DNA of 64,000 nt, counting the filler, from Vicugna vicugna (taxonomy: Eukaryota): assembly GCA_013265495.1 (NCBI GenBank). It is 81 parts of 78 records of this genome, joined end to end, with 100 filler letters (N's around TTAATTAATTAA, not from the genome) between each part and the next. Parts side by side here need not be neighbours in the genome. Positions count along the whole stretch, not along the records: positions 50,396 to 51,533 come from MU058658.1; positions 51,634 to 52,420 come from MU058661.1; positions 52,521 to 52,934 come from MU058662.1; positions 53,035 to 53,517 come from PNXW01005623.1; positions 53,618 to 54,179 come from MU058668.1; positions 54,280 to 55,311 come from MU058672.1; positions 55,412 to 56,133 come from PNXW01005652.1; positions 56,234 to 57,693 come from MU058673.1; 73 more parts are not named here. One strand, given 5' to 3'. This document shows positions 50,396 through 61,684 of this stretch, in pieces. The notes beneath the pieces are model-generated. The model was not told the DNA's origin. It saw only the letters and a program-made list of their open reading frames with translations, and searched no databases. The stretch's first letter is position 1. Every line of letters begins with the position of its first letter. A program made the position numbers and the translations under genes.

Positions 50396-51264
50396 CAGTC
50401 CTCTTCACTGGGGCTGGCTAACAGCAAGTCATCCACATACTGGAGCAGAGTACAGTTCAATGTTTCCCCAGGGAATTTTACAAGGTCTGCGGCTAGTGCC
50501 TCTCCGAACAAGGTGGGCGAGTTTTTAAAGCCTTGGGGAAGACGTGTCCATGTCAGTTGAGTTTTTCCTCCTGTATGGGGATCCTCCCATTCAAATGCGA
50601 ATATGGGCTGGCTCACAGGTGAGAGTCGAAGACAGAAGAAAGCATCTTTAAGGTCTAGGCATGTAAACCATTTGGCATCTGCCGGAATGAGGCCCAGAAG
50701 AGTGTATGGATTTGGCACTGCTGAATGTATTGTAGTGACTACTTCATTTACTTTTCGTAAGTCCTGCACTGGCCTATAATCTGTTTCTTCTGCTTTCTTC
50801 ACTGGGAGCAACGGTGTGTTCCAGGGAGATCTGCACTCAGTTAGGATTCCCTCTTGTCTGAGGCGCTGTATATGCTTCTGGATTCCTAGGTGGGCCTCTC
50901 GAGGCATGGGATATTGCTTCTGTCTGACTGGGCTGGCTCCAGGTTTGAGGTCAATCACCAGTGGTGCCTGATTATGTGCCAAGCCTGGTGGTCCATTTTC
51001 AGCCCAGACTAATGGAAACTCTTCCAGGAGTTTGCAAGGATTTTCCTGGAGTTCTCTGCTCTCATGCAGACGCCACTCTTCTTCTCGGGGAACTGAGATG
51101 GCTAGAACCATAGACTCTCCCTGTAGGGTCAGATGTGCCTGTTTCCCGGGGACAAAGGTAATTTGTGCCCCCAATTTAGACAGAAGGTCTCTTCCAAGCA
51201 ATGGTATTGGGCATTCAGGCAAATATAAAAATTCATGTGTCACTAGATGGCCCCCTACTTGACA
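50396..51264 (-). CDS. pol: ERV Pro-Pol partial (protease C-terminus + reverse transcriptase), cut by gaps at both ends
   Basis: ~289 codons without a stop: [85 protein letters not shown] (catalytic YVDD). Confidence 0.93.
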
Positions 51265-51533
51265 NNNNNNNNNNNNNNNNNNNNNNNNNNNNNNNNNNNN
51301 NNNNNNNNNNNNNNNNNNNNNNNNNNNNNNNNNNNNNNNNNNNNNNNNNNNNNNNNNNNNNNNNNNNNNNNNNNNNNNNNNNNNNNNNNNNNNNNNNNNN
51401 NNNNNNATCTTGACCTTCCCGGGGGCCCAGGGGCAGGGAGCCCGGTCTCTCCTATTCTGAGTTAACCCCAGCCAGTCCGATGTGATTACTGGCTGGTGGC
51501 TCCAGCTGATAAGTAGGCCTTTTAGGTTAGGGA
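50396..51533 (-). mobile_element. Class I (gammaretrovirus-like) endogenous retrovirus fragment: gag end, protease, RT
   Basis: gag TAG at 51454-51452 followed by RPGS..LGPRE; pol motifs listed in the next feature. Confidence 0.95.
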
Positions 51534-51633
51534 NNNNNNNNNNNNNNNNNNNNNNNNNNNNNNNNNNNNNNNNNNNNTTAATTAATTAANNNNNNNNNNN
51601 NNNNNNNNNNNNNNNNNNNNNNNNNNNNNNNNN

Positions 51634-52420
51634 TAGAATATGGAGACAGAATATAGAACCCAGAATTTAGAACATGGATTGCAGAACAAAAAATTTTGAA
51701 TATAGAATACAGATTACTGAATATAGAATTCAGAATATAGAGTGTAGAACAAAGTGTATAGAATATAGAAGAACGAATACTGAATATACAATTAAGAATA
51801 TAGAATATAGAACACAGAATATGGAAAAAAGAATATGGAATGCAGAATATAGAATACTAAACATAGAATGTAGAACACAGAATATAGAATATGGAAAACA
51901 GAATATAGAACCCAGAATTTTGAACATGGAATGCAGAGCACGGAATTGAGGATATAGAATACAGATTACTGAATATAGAATTTAGAATATAGAAAGTAGA
52001 ACACAGAATTTAGAATATAGAGTAAAGAATACTGAATATAGAATTTAGAATATAGAATGTAGTACACAGAATATAGAATATGGAATACAGAATATAGAAA
52101 CCAAAATTTAGAACATGGAATGCAGAACACAGAATTTAGAATATAGAATACCGAATACTGATAATAGAATANNNNNNNNNNNNNNNNNNNNNNNNNNNNN
52201 NNNNNNNNNNNNNNNNNNNNNNNNNNNNNNNNNNNNNNNNNNNNNNNNNNNNNNNNNNNNNNNNNNNNNNNNNNNNNNNNNNNNNNNNNNNNNNNNNNNN
52301 NNNNNNNNNNNNNNNNNNNNNGAATATGGAAAATACAAAACCGAGAATTGAGAACATGTAATGCACAACACATTATTTAGATTATAAAATACAGAATACT
52401 GAATATAGAATTTAGAATAT
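51634..52420. repeat. Satellite C, GA-rich strand
   Basis: AACATGG at 51671, 51923 and 52112 (spacing 252, 189). Confidence 0.95.
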
Positions 52421-52520
52421 NNNNNNNNNNNNNNNNNNNNNNNNNNNNNNNNNNNNNNNNNNNNTTAATTAATTAANNNNNNNNNNNNNNNNNNNNNNNN
52501 NNNNNNNNNNNNNNNNNNNN

Positions 52521-52934
52521 TGGAGGGCCCAGGTTGTTCTGCCCTGTACACCCACAGCCACGCACCCAGCCCCTTGCAGTCCCCCGCAGCTGCCTCCGTG
52601 CAGCTTCCCCCGTCCTCCCCCTGGCTTGTGCAGCCTGGCCCTGCCCGCGTCTCAGGCTGGGTGTCGGGGGGACGCTCTGTGCCCGTTTAACTAGTTCTGT
52701 CAGACAAGGGCTGCTCTGTACACATCCGAGCCTTGGAGGCTCCCCCTCCNNNNNNNNNNNNNNNNNNNNNNNNNNNNNNNNNNNNNNNNNNNNNNNNNNN
52801 NNNNNNNNTTATCTTTTGGGCGAGGTTCTGTCGGAGATCCGCAGGTGCTCTGGTTGGCTGAGTGAGTCTGTAGATGTGGATCTTGATGTATTTGTGGGAG
52901 AGGGTGACTTACAAGCATCCTTCTACTCTACTCC
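52521..52934 (-). mobile_element. LINE-1 5' UTR (internal promoter region)
   Basis: Minus strand starts GGAGTAGAGTAGAAGGATGCTTGTAAGTCACCCTCTCCCACAAATACATCAAGATCCACATCTACA, resembling laurasiatherian L1 5' ends, followed by GC/CpG-rich sequence. Confidence 0.75.
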
Positions 52935-53034
52935 NNNNNNNNNNNNNNNNNNNNNNNNNNNNNNNNNNNNNNNNNNNNTTAATTAATTAANNNNNNNNNN
53001 NNNNNNNNNNNNNNNNNNNNNNNNNNNNNNNNNN

Positions 53035-53517
53035 ATGCAGAATATAGTATGTAGATTATAGAATGAAGAACACAAATATAGAATACAGAATTGTGAATAT
53101 AGAACACAGAAATTAGAACACGGAATGCAGAACACAGAAAATATTTTAAAATATAGAATGTAGAACAAAGAATATACAATATAGAATAGGGAATGCAGAA
53201 TATAGTATGTAGAATATAGAATGAAGAACACAAATATAGAATACAGAATAGTGAATATAGAACCCAGAAATTAGAACACGGAATGCAGAACACAGAATTT
53301 AGAATATAGAATACATAATATTTAATATAAAATATAGAATATAGAATGTAGAACACAGAGTATAGAATATAGAATACGGAATACTGAATATAGAATTTAG
53401 AATATAGAATGTAGAACAGAGAATATAGAATACGGAATGCAGAATATACAAAACAGGATATAGAATGCAGGCCACAGAATATAGAATGTAGAATACAGAA
53501 TATAGAACACAAAATTT
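53035..53517. repeat. Satellite C, GA-rich strand
   Basis: Heptamer array. Confidence 0.94.
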
Positions 53518-54279
53518 NNNNNNNNNNNNNNNNNNNNNNNNNNNNNNNNNNNNNNNNNNNNTTAATTAATTAANNNNNNNNNNNNNNNNNNNNNNNNNNN
53601 NNNNNNNNNNNNNNNNNGCCAGGACATAGACCATAACCTGAAGGGCAAAATGCTGCCATCTAAGGTAGCCTAGACCACATGACCGCCATTTTCAATAACG
53701 GCAGCGCTAGAGAATTCCACAGACCGGCAAATCATACAAGAATTCAGCAGTTCGAAACCTATCCTACAAGTAAGGTTGTGAATTCTCCCCTAAATAGTAA
53801 AGCAGCAAGATGAAATGGAAAGAAGAAAACCATTATTGGAAATGCAAGAAGAGCATGAGTGGCAAAGAAGAAACCAGAAGAAGGCAAGGAGGACATCAAT
53901 ANNNNNNNNNNNNNNNNNNNNNNNNNNNNNNNNNNNNNNNNNNNNNGAAGCACTATCTTAAGTGAATCAGCTTATATGACTCTCTGTTTGAAGCGAACGG
54001 AGAGATGCATGGCCTGACGTGTTTGCAAAACAAACGAGAAGCAGACCAACAAAAATCAAACAAACAAACATGCACCCAAAGTGTACGGTTGGCTGACATA
54101 TACCAAGGGAACCATGATTTTTCAAAGGAAATACTCAAGGTGATGTCAAGAATGATTCAGTACGCATCGACCCAGTATCNNNNNNNNNNNNNNNNNNNNN
54201 NNNNNNNNNNNNNNNNNNNNNNNTTAATTAATTAANNNNNNNNNNNNNNNNNNNNNNNNNNNNNNNNNNNNNNNNNNNN

Positions 54280-55311
54280 GTTCTACATTCTATATTCTAA
54301 ATCCTATATTCAGTATTCTTTATTATATATTCTAAATTCTGTGTTCCGGGTTCCATGTTTAAATTCTGGGTTCTGTATACTCTATTATATATCCTGTGTT
54401 CTGCATTCTATATTCAAAACCCTACATTCAGTATTCTCTACTTATATTCGAAATTCTGTGTCTACATTCCATATTCTAAATTCTGGCTTCTATATACTCT
54501 ATTCTATATTCTATATTTTGCGTACTTCATTGTATATTCTACAATCTATATTTTACCTTCCGTATTCTATATTCTATATTCTGTGTTCTACATTCTATAT
54601 TCTAATTTATATATTCAGTATTCTGTATTCTATATTCTAAATTCTGTGTTCTACATNNNNNNNNNNNNNNNNNNNNNNNNNNNNNNNNNNNNNNNNNNNN
54701 NNNNNNNNNNNNNNNNNNNNNNNNNNNNNNNNNNNNNNNNNNNNNNNNNNNNNNNNNNNNNNNNNNNNNNNNNNNNNNNNNNNNNNNNNNNNNNNNNNNN
54801 NNNNNNNNNNNNNNNNNNNNNNNNNNNNNNNNNNNNNNNNNNNNNNNNNNNNNNNNNNNNNNNNNNNNNNNNNNNNNNNNNNNNNNNNNNNNNNNNNNNN
54901 NNNNNNNNNNNNNNNNNNNNNNNNNNNNNNNNNNNNNNNNNNNNNNNNNNNNNNNNNNNNNNNNNNNNNNNNNNNNNNNNNNNNNNNNNNNNNNNNNNNN
55001 NNNNNNNNNNNNNNNNNNNNNNNNNNNNNNNNNNNNNNNNNNNNNNNNNNNNNNNNNNNNNNNNNNNNNNNNNNNNNNNNNNNNNNNNNNNNNNNNNNNN
55101 NNNNNNNNNNNNNNNNNNNNNNNNNNNNNNNNNNNNNNNNNNNNNNNNNNNNNNNNNNNNNNNNNNNNNNNNNNNNNNNNNNNNNNNNNNNNNNNNNNNN
55201 TTCAGTATTCTATATATTCTGTGTTCTGCATTCTATGTTTAAAATTCTCTATTCTATATTCTATAATCTTTGTTCTACTTTCTATATTCTAAATTCTATA
55301 TTCAGTATTCT
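54280..55311. repeat. Satellite C (internal gap)
   Basis: Heptamer array. Confidence 0.94.
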
Positions 55312-55411
55312 NNNNNNNNNNNNNNNNNNNNNNNNNNNNNNNNNNNNNNNNNNNNTTAATTAATTAANNNNNNNNNNNNNNNNNNNNNNNNNNNNNNNNN
55401 NNNNNNNNNNN

Positions 55412-56133
55412 GAACATAGAATGCGGAACACAGAATTTACATTATAGAATACAGAATACTTAATATAGAATTTGGAAAATAGAATGCGGAACACAGCAAT
55501 TCGAATATAGAATACAGAATATTGAATATAGAATTAAGAACATGGAATGCAGAACTCAGAATTTAGAATATAGAATACAGAATACAGAATCCAGATTTTA
55601 GAACATGGAATGCACAACTCACAATATTGAATATAGAATACGGAATACTGAATATAGAATTTAGAACATGGAATTCAGAACACAGAATTAAATTATAGAA
55701 TACAGAATACTGAATATACAATTTAGAACATAGAATGAAGAAAACAAAATATAGTATAATGAATAGGGAATATAGAACCCAGAATTTAGAAAATGGAATG
55801 ATGAAAACAGAAATTAGAATATAGAATACAGAATACTGAATATAGAATTTAGAATATAGAATATGAAACACAGAATATACAATATAGATACGGAATGCAG
55901 AATAATGAATGTAGTATATTGAATTAAGAACACAAAATATAGAATATATAAAAGAGAATATAGAAACTAGAATTTAGAAATGGAATCAGAACACAGCATA
56001 AAGAATATAGAATGCAGAATACTGAATATAGAATTTAGAATACAGAATGCCAAACACAGAATTTAGAGTAAAAACACAGAATTTAGAGTATAGAATAGAG
56101 AGTATAGAACCCAGAATTTAGAACATGGAATGC
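55412..56133. repeat. Satellite C, GA-rich strand
   Basis: AACAT-type landmark at 55539, 55602, 55665, 55727 and 55790 (~63-bp period). Confidence 0.95.
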
Positions 56134-56233
56134 NNNNNNNNNNNNNNNNNNNNNNNNNNNNNNNNNNNNNNNNNNNNTTAATTAATTAANNNNNNNNNNN
56201 NNNNNNNNNNNNNNNNNNNNNNNNNNNNNNNNN

Positions 56234-57693
56234 GTGGAGGTGTTTAAACTACATCCCTAAACTGGGAACACCTGTGCCACCATAAAGATACGTGTAGTCT
56301 GTTTCCACACCTCCAGCACACACACGAACACTTGCACACTTATCCTGAGAGTGGGCAGCCTCCTCCAACTGAGAGCAGGGCCTTGGTACTTATGAAATCG
56401 CTTAACTTGTCTACCCTGTGTGGTTGCCTGATACGGAGTGCTGGGGAAATGGTGGGTTGGGCTCTAATTCCAAGTATTAGCGAGTGCTTCTCCATGGGAT
56501 TTGGAGTTTATTAACCAAAACCCCACAACATGAGAATACCTGTGCTCCTTGAAAAAAGCGTGGACTCTGTATCCCCACCACCAAAACACACATGAAGAAG
56601 TTTTCTGCTATCCTGAGTGTGGGCTGGCAATTTCAGGTGACNNNNNNNNNNNNNNNNNNNNNNNNNNNNNNNNNNNNNNNNNNNNNNNNNNNNNNNNNNN
56701 NNNNNNNNNNNNNNNNNNNNNNNNNNNNNNNNNNNNNNNNNNNNNNNNNNNNNNNNNNNNNNNNNNNNNNNNNNNNNNNNNNNNNNNNNNNNNNNNNNNN
56801 NNNNNNNNAGCACCCATTGCGTGGAGTGGGGTTTCCAAACTCCACACCACACAAGGATGGGTTCCAGTATCCTGAGGGTGGGGTAGTTCCTCCAAAGACA
56901 TCAGCGTCTTGATTTTAATAGAATCCCTTTGCTTGTCATCCCTGATGGTTTAACTAGGCCAGTGTGTGTTTGAAAGTGGGATATGGGATCTAAAACTTAG
57001 TATTAGCCTGTGCCACTCCATGGGTAGTGGAGATGTTTAAACTACAACCAACAACTTGGGAATTACTGTGACCCCTGAAAAATGCGTGTGCTACGTTTCC
57101 CCACGTCCAGCACACACAGGAAGAAGTGTTCTGGGGTTCTGAGTGTGGGGAGGTTCCTCCAACAGACAGCAGCACCTGGGTTTTNNNNNNNNNNNNNNNN
57201 NNNNNNNNNNNNNNNNNNNNNNNNNNNNNNNNNNNNNNNNNNNNNNNNNNNNNNNNNNNNNNNNNNNNNNNNNNNNNNNNNNNNNNNNNNNNNNNNNNNN
57301 NNNNNNNNNNNNNNNNNNNNNNNNNNNNNNNNNNNNNNNNNNNNNNNNNNNNNNNNNNNNNNNNNNNNNNNNNNNNNNNNNNNNNNNNNNNNNNNNNNNN
57401 NNNNNNNNNNNNNNNNNNNNNNNNNNNNNNNNNNNNNNNNNNNNNNNNNNNNNNNNNNNNNNNNNNNNNNNNNNNNNNNNNNNNNNNNNNNNNNNNNNNN
57501 NNNNNNNNNNNNNNNNNNNNNNNNNNNNNNNNNNNNNNNNNNNNNNNNNNNNNNNNNNNNNNNNNNNNNNNNNNNNNNNNNNNNNNNNNNNNCAAATGTG
57601 CCAAAGATGCTTTGACTGATTCCCTACATCCAGCACACACGCGAAGGAATGTTCTGGTATTCTGAGTGTGGGGATGTTCCTCAAACTGACAGC
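56234..57693. repeat. Satellite E, at least five distinct monomers (internal gaps)
   Basis: ATCCTGAG at 56342 and 56610 (268); CTGAG at 56872 and 57139 (267); pieces match the reverse complements of 13387-13640, 14418-14910 and 14020-14130. Confidence 0.93.
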
Positions 57694-57793
57694 NNNNNNN
57701 NNNNNNNNNNNNNNNNNNNNNNNNNNNNNNNNNNNNNTTAATTAATTAANNNNNNNNNNNNNNNNNNNNNNNNNNNNNNNNNNNNNNNNNNNN

Positions 57794-57985
57794 TTGGCTA
57801 TTGTAAATAGTGCTGCTATGAATGTTGGGGTGCATGTAACTTTTCCAATTAGAGTTTTCTCTGGATATATGCACAAGAATGGAATTGCTGGATCATAGGG
57901 TAAATCTTTTTAGGACTCTCCACACTATTTTCCATAATGACTAAACCAAACTACATTCCCACCAACAGTGTAGGGGGGTTCCATT
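57794..57985 (-). mobile_element. LINE-1 ORF2 C-terminal fragment
   Basis: TTGGCTATTGTAAATAGTGCTGCTATGAA...GGAATTGCTGGATCAT...ACATTCCCACCAACAGTGTAGG. Confidence 0.88.
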
Positions 57986-58809
57986 ACAGGAGGAACTGTT
58001 TCATATGCAAATACAAATCTGTGTCGACACTAGTCCACACACAGGTTCAGCCGTGGATGGGAAGGGAACAAATCATAATTGTGGGGCACCTTAACAAACT
58101 CAGTAGCCCCTAAGGCCACAGCAAGATGAGTCGTCCTCCCTCAGCTGGACAAGATGCTCCCGTACAGAAATCCCACATATCCCACAGCGATGCTGACTGT
58201 CATTCCCCTTTTACACACCTTTANNNNNNNNNNNNNNNNNNNNNNNNNNNNNNNNNNNNNNNNNNNNTTAATTAATTAANNNNNNNNNNNNNNNNNNNNN
58301 NNNNNNNNNNNNNNNNNNNNNNNTTCTACTGGGTTCTCTGAACTTGAGGACTCATATATCCTAGTCAGAGGGCCTTGGTTGCATACACCAGATCTGCTCT
58401 TTCCACAGTTTAGCCTCTTTTGTGTGTTTTAGTCCACCAAACTACCTATTCACATGCATTCCAGAGTATTCTTTTGTGTTGTATTTATTTTTGTTGTGAT
58501 GTGTACGTTTTATTGACTGTAGATATAAGGGGAGAGACAAAAATTGTTTAAACTTATGTCACTTTTAAAAGTGTATACTTAACTTATGTCACTTTTTAAA
58601 GTGTATACTTTTTCAATTAAAAGCTTAAATTCTACCAAGGACATTATGAAAACTGTATAGAAGGTGAATAAATCACCTCCCTTATTATCATAGTACTACA
58701 AAATATTTTGATTTTCCTGGTTTTCTTTTTAACGTGTTTCCCACTTACATGCACATTTTACTATAATATAACCCTATAATCCCTTTAAAATCAGTTAAAT
58801 TATTAAAAT

Positions 58810-59099
58810 ATTTCTCTGTGCTGTAAATATAGCTCTGTTGTTTCTCTAATTTATTACTAGTAGCTTGCACATATCTGTCTTCTCCATCCTTCTGCTCTGT
58901 CCCCACAGGAAACCACTACTTGGTTCACTACACATATATAAGTCATTCTGATCCTTTTTTTGATTATTTTTCTTATATCTTTTTTTCCTCATTTAAGTGA
59001 CAACGTAGAGTGTTTTTCTCCGTATGACTTATTTTCCTAAGTGCAACACTCTCGGGGTCCAGTCACATTGTTCCAAATGACAGAAATTTATTTTTTAAT
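58810..59099 (-). mobile_element. LINE-1 3' UTR, diverged
   Basis: TTCTCTGTGCTGTA...CCCCACAGGAAACCACTA...CATTTAAGTGA...TGACTTATTT...CACATTGTTCCAAATGACAGAAATT. Confidence 0.7.
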
Positions 59100-59489
59100 N
59101 NNNNNNNNNNNNNNNNNNNNNNNNNNNNNNNNNNNNNNNNNNNTTAATTAATTAANNNNNNNNNNNNNNNNNNNNNNNNNNNNNNNNNNNNNNNNNNNNC
59201 AGACTTCTGTCACATCATTGTTAAAAGATAAATAATCCCCCCACCCCACCCTTGGTGCCCCTGCCCAGGATCTTGTGGCTTGTGAACTTGCCTGGGAAGA
59301 AAATATTTTCTTTCACATATTTGATCAAAAAACACATGCATGTGTAATGCTTTATTGTTAGTTGAGAAGCGTTATATCAAACCATTTTGAAGAGAGTTTG
59401 AAATTCTTTGAATTTGTAAATTCAAAGTAATATATAAAAGCAAATTATTTATGATTTTTTTGTGTGTGAAAAAAATCTGTTTCATCAAG

Positions 59490-59656
59490 TTATAAAATAA
59501 ATACAGTTGGCTTACACTATTTTATTAGTTTCAGGTGCACAACTTAGTGATTCAGTTTTTTAACATCTGACAGACCGTACAAAGTTATTACAGTGTTACT
59601 GACTATATTCTCTATGCTGTGCCTTACATCCCTGTGACTTACTTATTTTATAACTG
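59490..59656 (-). mobile_element. LINE-1 3' end
   Basis: TTATTAGTTTCAGGTGCACAACTTAGTGATTCAG...GACTATATTCTCTATGCTGTG..TTACATCCCTGTGACTTACTTATTTTATAACTG. Confidence 0.82.
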
Positions 59657-59756
59657 NNNNNNNNNNNNNNNNNNNNNNNNNNNNNNNNNNNNNNNNNNNN
59701 TTAATTAATTAANNNNNNNNNNNNNNNNNNNNNNNNNNNNNNNNNNNNNNNNNNNN

Positions 59757-60519
59757 TTTAGAATATAGAATACAAAATACTGATAATAGTATTTACAAAA
59801 ACGAATGCAGATCAAAGAATTTAAAATATATAATAAAGAATACTGAATAAAGAATTTAGAATATAGAATGCAGAACACACAATATAGAATATGTAATAGA
59901 GAATATAGAACCCAGAATTTAGAACATTGAATGCAGAACACAAAAATAGAATAAAGAATACAGAATACAGAATATAGAAATTAGAATATAGANNNNNNNN
60001 NNNNNNNNNNNNNNNNNNNNNNNNNNNNNNNNNNNNNNNNNNNNNNNNNNNNNNNNNNNNNNNNNNNNNNNNNNNNNNNNNNNNNNNNNNNNNNNNNNNN
60101 NNNNNNNNNNNNNNNNNNNNNNNNNNNNNNNNNNNNNNNNNNNNNNNNNNNNNNNNNNNNNNNNNNNNNNNNNNNNNNNNNNNNNNNNNNNNNNNNNNNN
60201 NNNNNNNNNNNNNNNNNNNNNNNNNNNNNNNNNNNNNNNNNNNNNNNNNNNNNNNNNNNNNNNNNNNNNNNNNNNNNNNNNNNNNNNNNNNNNNNNNNNN
60301 NNNNNNNNNNNNNNNNNNNNNNNNNNNNNNNNNNNNNNNNNNNNNNNNNNNNNNNNNNNNNNNNNNNNNNNNNNNNNNNNNNNNNNNNNNNNNNNNNNNN
60401 NNNNNNNNNNNNNNNNNNGATTATAGAACACACAGAATATAGAATATAGAATACTGTATATACAAATAAGAACTTGGAATGCAGAACACAGAATTTAGGA
60501 TATTCAATACAGAATACTG
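59757..60519. repeat. Satellite C (internal gap)
   Basis: Heptamer array. Confidence 0.93.
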
Positions 60520-61020
60520 NNNNNNNNNNNNNNNNNNNNNNNNNNNNNNNNNNNNNNNNNNNNTTAATTAATTAANNNNNNNNNNNNNNNNNNNNNNNNN
60601 NNNNNNNNNNNNNNNNNNNGAAGATGTCTCCTGGAGTTGGGAAGGAGGAAGAGAGAAAGGTAGCTCTACGACATGCCCATTCACTCCTGCATGTGTGATC
60701 CAGCCCAGCTATGAAGAAGTCACTGGCATCACTGCCACCACCCTGGTCCTGGCCCTCATTATTTCTCCCTGGACCATCATGATTAGAGTCTTCTTCTACA
60801 CATCCCTTCTGACCTAACTCTCCCTACTCTCCCTACNNNNNNNNNNNNNNNNNNNNNNNNNNNNNNNNNNNNNNNNNNNNNNNNNNNNNNNNNNNNNNNN
60901 NNNNNNNNNNNNNNNNNNNNNNNNNNNNNNNNNNNNNNNNNNNNNNNNNNNNNNNNNNNNNNNNNNNNNNNNNNNNNNNNNNNNCCTGCAAGTGCGGATT
61001 TAATGTGTTTGAAGATCTGT

Positions 61021-61050
61021 AATAATAATAATAATAATAATAACGATAAT
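61021..61050. repeat. (AAT)n microsatellite
   Basis: About 7 perfect AAT units, then degenerate. Confidence 0.85.
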
Positions 61051-61201
61051 AAAAATTAATAATACTGGAATACTACTCAGTCATAAAAAAGAAGGAAATA
61101 ANNNNNNNNNNNNNNNNNNNNNNNNNNNNNNNNNNNNNNNNNNNNTTAATTAATTAANNNNNNNNNNNNNNNNNNNNNNNNNNNNNNNNNNNNNNNNNNN
61201 N

Positions 61202-61684
61202 TGCATCCTCACTCCAGTCTCCTTGTCTTAAAAAGCAGAGACAATGCTTCTCTTGCATAGTTGAGGTTTTATATAGCACTCTGCTGGTTGCAAAGCAAGG
61301 ACCGAGGCCCTCAGCTATAAACGCTGGGCTTGTGTGCTGTTAGAAAGTCTGTTATCCCCAAAACAAGGACCAGGCTGGTCTGGTGGTCTGCTTTGTAATT
61401 CACATATCTAAAAATGTATCTTGTTCCCCTCACCCCATTACTTCCTTAAAATTAAACANNNNNNNNNNNNNNNNNNNNNNNNNNNNNNNNNNNNNNNNNN
61501 NNNNNNNNNNNNNNNNNNACACAACTGTTACTGAATTTTTCCTTTGATTATACACAATAAATATGGGAGCATTTGAGAGGCTCTTGGAGTTGGCTCCCTA
61601 CTCCCTCTCGATTTCTTGACTTTTTCCACAGAGTCTTGAATAATCATTATGTATCGGTAAGATTTCTGCCAGCCAGAACCCACA
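61202..61684 (+). mobile_element. Possible ERV LTR (U3-R-U5 part)
   Basis: LTR-like layout: CTTGTTCCCCT, TATA-like AATAAATATGGGAG, pyrimidine-rich R, candidate end GAACCCACA; no PBS recognised. Family not identified. Confidence 0.4.

Noticed and set aside
1263..60433. Many F/Y/I/L/S/C-rich membrane-like ORFs
   Set aside because: Translations of heptamer satellite C.
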